Shown piece by piece: positions 57,971-64,000 of a DNA stretch of 64,000 bases. How positions within the stretch are numbered: position 1 is the first letter of the stretch; each line of letters begins with the position of its first letter. The notes beneath the pieces are model-generated. The model made no database searches, was not told where the DNA came from, and was given only the letters and a program-made list of their open reading frames with translations. The stretch comes from the human T2T-CHM13v2.0 reference genome, Homo sapiens. Location: assembly GCF_009914755.1 (NCBI RefSeq), contig NC_060927.1; one strand, written 5' to 3'. The position numbers were made by a program, and so were the translations under genes.

Positions 57971-60710
57971 GGCTCTAAGGGAAACACAGAAGTCATTTCT
58001 CTCTTAGTCTTGAAATATTCCCAAACTAGGACTTACTAGTAGGTAAGAGATAGTCTATAAAGGCATAAACCCACAAAGACAGGACAATAGAAGAACAAAG
58101 TACAAATGTAAATGTTAGAAAACAGGTGTGATGATATTAAATGGTTTGGCATCATGGAGAAAGATGACTTTTAAGCTTTTAGTGAGCCAAGCATGGAAGT
58201 GATTGATGTGTGCGCAGAATCCTCAACGGCTTAGGACTGGGGGTAGCAGGCACATCTGGAAGAGGAAATGCAATATGACAATGGGAAGGTAAGAATTTGA
58301 AGCTGCGGTTAGGAATCCAGGTTCTCTGTCCCGTCCACATAGCCAGGTGAGTGCCCTCCCCCACACTAGAAGAGAAGAGGCTTATTCTCAAAAAAGGGTA
58401 AGGAGAGGCTGTCTGAACTGCAGGTGATGTTTTGTGGAGGGTCTTGTAAGGTATATTAAATGCATGTATGCACACTGGATTCTGCAATCCCCCAAGGCCT
58501 CTTTTCTACTTAGCTCCCAGGAGCCAGTGGAGGTTTCTGACCTCAAGGAAGAAAACTGGATTTCTTTCCCCTCTGGGGAATCTGACTTTCTCAAAAAGAA
58601 AGAGGTAATAATGAGGTGAGCCCAGTGAGATGAGCGACACCATAGCGACCCTCCTGAAGACAAACTCTGCTCAGGCACATCTAAGTTTCCATTAGGTTTT
58701 TAGTTCCACACTCCTAAGTTTGTGCCAACAACCAAATATAACCAGATAGCTGCAAAAAGGTTTCCCACTTGAAAGAGAGAAACAAACCAACACAAAACTA
58801 AAATGAAACAACCTGGATAAAACAGTTCATATGAGGGAAGAAAACATAAAAGCAACTAACCATCATTTATATCTTGATGTGGATATGAGAAGCTATTACA
58901 ACTATTACACTAGAATATGGTATAGAAAGGAAATTTCAAATATAAAAGTCTCTTAAATTGTAAAAAATATTATGATAGGTATTAAAAACTCAATAGAAGT
59001 GTTTAAAGAAAGGACTAAAGTAGTCTATCAAGAATAGAGATAAAAGTCAAAGAGAAGGAAATTTGAAGAGACTGTCTGGGGGAGGGAGGAAGGGTTGAGA
59101 GAAACAATCTATTCCAGGTGGTTCAAGATGCAAGTAATAATATGTGTGAAATAGGAAACAGAGAAAACTAAAGACAGGAAATCATAAAATCTCCCATAAT
59201 TAAAGGACTCATGTTTTGAAACTACAAGGACCCACAGAGTAACCAAGATGTGAAATAAAATTCGACCCATAACAAATCAAGTCATTGTGGAATTTGGTTA
59301 GGTTGGTGCAAAAGTAACTGTGTTTTTTGCCATAATAGAAAACTAGGGGCAAAGAGAATACCTAGAAGCCTCCCTAGAGAAATACAGGCCTCTCTATACA
59401 AGATACCACAAATCAGAATGTCATCAGACTTCACAACAGCACAGCAAGCTAGTTAGCAAGGCGAAGTATCTTCAACATTCTGAAAGAAAAAGATTTGTAA
59501 CATATTATTCATACTAAGTTAAGCTAAGTCTCTCGATTGAGTATGCCAGCATACTAATTTTTAGAACACATGTTCTAGAACAATAAAAAATATGATGCAT
59601 CCTTTTTTAGGACATGGAGGACATGACACCCTAAAACAATGAACACCAAGAAAGAAGAAGATGTGGAATGTGGGTGTTGGGGGGTGGACACAGCAGAGAT
59701 TTGTAGGGGATCATTAGAGTGAGTGATGGTGAAGGGAGATCCCAGAAAGACAATTTTGTTCCTGATATACAGGAAAACCAATCCAACTGGAGCACTCTGA
59801 TGGCTCTAGGATATAATTCTCCAAGAAGATAAAACTAACAGAATATCTGATTACTTCTCAATACCTGAGAGGACATCCAAAAATTTGGCCAAAATTTTGG
59901 TTGACTTAAGTATAAGACCATAGAAAAATCAATAAGTAAAATAATGTAATAAGACTACTATTAGAAAAAGAAAAATCATGCATGAAAGGAAAAATATTCA
60001 GAATTATTGTTTGCTGCAAAACTCATCTCTGGATATCCTTTACAAAGTCATAGTGATGTAAACACTGAATATTGACCTAGCTGAAATTATGGCCCAATAA
60101 AATCCTATAATAACATGGCCTAAGCTGATGCTTATTCAAATATGAATCAACTGGAAACTGGTTCCAGTCCTCTACAGTATTCTTCCCATCTTCTAGTTTC
60201 AAACACAGGCAGGCCAAAATTTGTATCCTCTGTGAAGTTTTGGATGTGGGCTGGTTTGAGAAACTGTCTTGTGATCACTGGGGACTCTATCCAGTTGTGG
60301 CACATTCAGTGAAATGCAGTGTGCATTTGACTTTTTATCTTTACGTATTTTGTAAGAATTATGGCTTAAAATTTATGGATTTTGTAAGCCTCATAATAAT
60401 GCAACATCATATTGCTGTGGTGGTAAGGTGGTGGTAGGAGAGTGTTGTAGCATCAGCTGGCATAGCTAACAGTCAACAGTAATACTTAAAACTGGAAAAA
60501 AAAATCAGTTAGCGGCAATATAGGCAAGTTATTCACACAAATTTAGATAAATACCAAAAGAGACAGTGAAAATGTTGAAAGCAGTTTCTTCTAAAAAGGA
60601 AAAATAGAGAAAATATGGACAAAAGCTTGATGTTTTCCTTAAAAATAAAAAAATATAGATGTTTGTACATGCTCACACTATTTCTGATATAGAAGAAAAA
60701 CTAGAAGATA
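57971..60710 (+). mobile_element. HAL1-like (half-L1) element inserted in an older L1M
   Basis: Degenerate ORF1-like region at about 58900-59550; HAL1-type 3' motifs 'gatgtaaacactgaatattgac' and 'gttgaaagcagtttcttct'. Confidence 0.5.
59298..59335. mobile_element. MADE1 (mariner MITE) half copy
   Basis: ttaggttggtgcaaaagtaa matches the Hsmar1/MADE1 TIR. Confidence 0.8.
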
Positions 60711-60714
60711 AACG

Positions 60715-62480
60715 AAACATTAGCACTAATGTCTAATTCACAGGGTTAAAAATTCAGCAAAAATATTCAGCAAAAATAGTATAGGGTTCTCTAGGTGGGC
60801 TATACTATTTAAAACATTATAATCCTCATTGTTGGAGATATTGATTAACTTTAGATTTTGTTAAACATAGATACTAAAATTTCTAGGGAAGTTACTATAA
60901 GAAAATAAGTAGGATGTATAACATCCAGTGCTTTTCAGGGAGAAAGTAGTTCAACCAATCCACGTGAAAGGAAGAAAGAAAAAAAAGAACATAAAAATCA
61001 GACCGTATTAATATAACAATATTAATATATTACCATATAAACTAGAAGGCAAAATGCTCTATTGAAGATAGTGTCACCACTTGTTGACAAAAAAATACAG
61101 TCACTCTAAATTTTTAGACACAAATAATTGACTAAATACATACAGTTTAAATAGAAATACCAGGAGAAACTAAAAAAGCCATCATCAATGTGAGAGAAAA
61201 ATGACAGATTAGGCATCAGTAATGATATAGGTGATTTGAGCAACATAATTAACAAATTTAACCCAATGAACATATGGAGAACACCATACCCAGTATTTAG
61301 AGAATATCCATTTTTTTAAGGACATATGAATCATTTATTAAAAAAACTAATCATATGTTGGGCCACAGGAAAAATATCAACAATTTCCAAGAATTAATAT
61401 CTTACAGTCCATTCTCTGGTCAATGGGATACTAGGTTAGAAATCAGTATCAAAAGATGACTAGTAAAACTCCACATGTTTGGAAATTTAAAATACATGTC
61501 ACGTCTGATAACTCACAAATCAAAGAAAATCATAATGAAATTATAACATTTACTGAACTGAAACAGAACAAATTTGCTATATGTCTAATTCTTTGAATAC
61601 AGCTAAAACTGTACTTTCAGGAAAATTTAAAACCATACAAATTTATATCAGAAGAGAATAAAGTATAGAAAAGAATAAGTTAACCATACAAGTTAAGTAA
61701 TTTGAAAAGAACTATAAAAAATACAACAACTTTGGAAGAACAATAAAGATAAGAGAAAAATGAATGAAACAGAGTGTAGAAATTTGAAAGTGAGGAATAA
61801 TAACATCAAATTCTAACAAATTATATTTTAAAAGTGTACCAAGATAATATTTATAAGAGAAAATTAAATATATGTCTAGATAAAGCAGAAATGAGAAAAA
61901 TAATTTTAAAACTTTTGAAACATTTTTTACTAGTATATTAGAAAACATAAATGAAATGGATAAAATTCCTGGAAAAAATACAACTTATCACAAAGAAATA
62001 ATACTCAATACATTCAATGAGTAGGTAAAACATTTCCTCAAAGAAAACTCCAAGCCTAAGTTATACACTTTTTTCAAGGAAATGATAATTCCAATATTTC
62101 TCGACATTTTCTAGTGAACAGAAAAAATAAGGAATAATCTCCAGGTCACTTTTAGAGGTGAAAATAACTTTGAAAGTAAAGCCAAAAAAGGATAGCCAGA
62201 AAAGGATAAATAGGCAAAAGTACTACAGAAAATATTAGCAAACAGCTAACATCCAAGTATTTTTTTAAAACTGCATAAACTCCAACTTGAAACTAACCCA
62301 GGAATAGAAGGTCACCTAATACTAGTAAATGTTCACCATATTAACATATTAAAGAAAGACGGCATCAATATCCCAGTAAAACTAAGAAGGGAATTTAAAA
62401 TAATAAATCATTCATTATAAAAACTAAACTAGCTGATAAATATGTGATAAAGGGAATCTATAAAATCCAGGGTAAACATA
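60715..62480 (+). mobile_element. Old L1M inter-ORF/ORF2 fragment
   Basis: 'ttagaaaacataaatgaaatggataaaattcctggaaaaaatacaactta' resembles L1 ORF2 (LENLxEMDKFLEKYNL). Confidence 0.75.
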
Positions 62481-63397
62481 TCAGATGTATGGCCTTTTCA
62501 CTTTCATTTTATCACAACCACTATTTTCAAGCCACTCGAACATTAAGATACAATCTCTTTAGTTTTTCACTAGTGTTAAAAGTGGAGCATCAACCATATT
62601 TTCATTTACTCATTTACCCATGAAGGACACAGAAGTACTTTCTCCATAGCTGAGAGAAACAAAGAAGTTATGGCTAATCATATAAATATACAACATAGTC
62701 AAGAGAAGAGACACAGCTAAATTGAACAATTAGAGAGAACATTTTTCAATGACAGCACTTGAACATCCATTTGCCTGCAGCAAAGACAGTTAAGATTCCT
62801 CTGAAGTCATGAGCATCCTACTAATACAAGGGTCTCCATTCTAATCCCTTCTTTCAGTTAGCGTATAACTTTTTCTTCAAGGCTATGAAGTTAAAGCAAT
62901 GCTCTACTGTAGCTAATAATTTGGAATTACTCATATAGTAATTATCTTCTACTTCTTTTCTCATCTTCTTTGGTTTTTTATCAGAAATCTATGTCCCAAC
63001 CACATGAATATTAAACAACATTTTTTATCTTTCCAGTCCAATGTGGTGTCAGGTGAAGAATACCCAATGTTGCTTCTTGTAACTTCCAAATAAAACACTT
63101 AGAAAAACACCAAAAATGCAGAACAAAACAAAAAATATAATTTCACTGTACAGCAACACAGCTAAGCAATCAAATGTCAATATATAGGGAATAAATAAAA
63201 CTTGTAAAGCAGAGGGGGACAGACTGGAGGGAAACCTAAGGTATTCAATGTTACATCTTAGGTTTGCTTTATGAAAGGGAGAATTATAATAAAGGTAGGA
63301 AAATAGTATGTACTTCACTCACCTTATGTATCCTCATATGGTGCACCCCAACTCAGAAACTCAAGGACAGTACCAAACAAAGAAAATGAATAATTTC

Positions 63398-63852
63398 TGT
63401 TGGGAGAGGCAATCTTCCATGTGCTCTGGGCTCTCTTGCAAGTTTTTGCTGGGTGTGCCAAGAAGGAATGAATGGTCTAACTGCTCATTGCCATGCTCTC
63501 ATCTCAGGGATGTGTTTGCAGAGAGCAACCTGGGGGGATAAGGTAATGTCTCCCTCTGGGACAAGGACCAGGCTTGCTTACTGTTTGCTGTAAAAGAGAT
63601 GGATTATCTAAGCCCAGTGTTTCCCATAGATGGGTGCAGTATCTACCCTAACCTTTTTGCATTTCTCTGTGGGACTTGGAGTTAAGGGGAACTCAATCAA
63701 ACATGCTGAACCTCATGATGCTTTATGTTCTAAGAATAATAAAGTCCTTAGTCACTGACCTGGGAGCCTCATGTCTTCTTCCAGCCTCCATGAAACAGTA
63801 AGACTAGCTTGTTAGCTCCTAAATAGATTAAAATCCCATCCCTCATTCAACA
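63398..63852 (+). mobile_element. LTR40-like ERVL solo LTR
   Basis: TGTTGGGAGA...CAACA ends, AATAAA near 63737, 5-bp TSD atttc/acttc. Confidence 0.8.
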
Positions 63853-64000
63853 ACTTCACCCCACTCTGCCCATATAAAGTGCTGGCCAAGAACTAGGGGC
63901 AGACTGCAAGAGGTGAAAGATAATTTTAGAGGTATTTTCTCATACATGTCGTATTCTTTTTTTCTCTTACAAGTCATACTTTTCAGGAGGGGCTGACTGA

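Noticed and set aside
59298-59335. MADE1 as a miR-548-type hairpin
   Set aside because: Only one TIR is present, so no hairpin can form

Overview
Primate (most likely human) genomic DNA that appears to lie entirely within the minus-strand neural adhesion gene CNTN3 (contactin-3/BIG-1). The only host coding sequence found is a 96-nt internal exon at 4868-4963 (minus strand). It has canonical splice sites, encodes (Y)[31 protein letters not shown](E), and is missed by the ORF track. The rest is intron rich in interspersed repeats: Alu (J/S/Y, FLAM, FRAM), a 5.3-kb 5'-truncated L1PA3-like LINE with a 14-bp TSD (source of the longest ORFs), older L1M/HAL1, L2, MIR, MaLR/ERVL LTRs, and hAT/Tigger DNA transposon fossils. 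Repeat subfamily names come from recalled consensus sequences, not a database search. I found no new multi-gene system. The most unusual structures are: (i) an inverted-Alu plus L1 3'-end composite inside one perfect 14-bp TSD (50838-51361); (ii) an old local duplication joining two segments of unequal divergence (41256-45168); (iii) a perfect RFX palindrome clustered with POU/SOX/FOX motifs (21341-21415); (iv) the L1PA3 truncation falling inside the 129-bp ZNF93-target segment.
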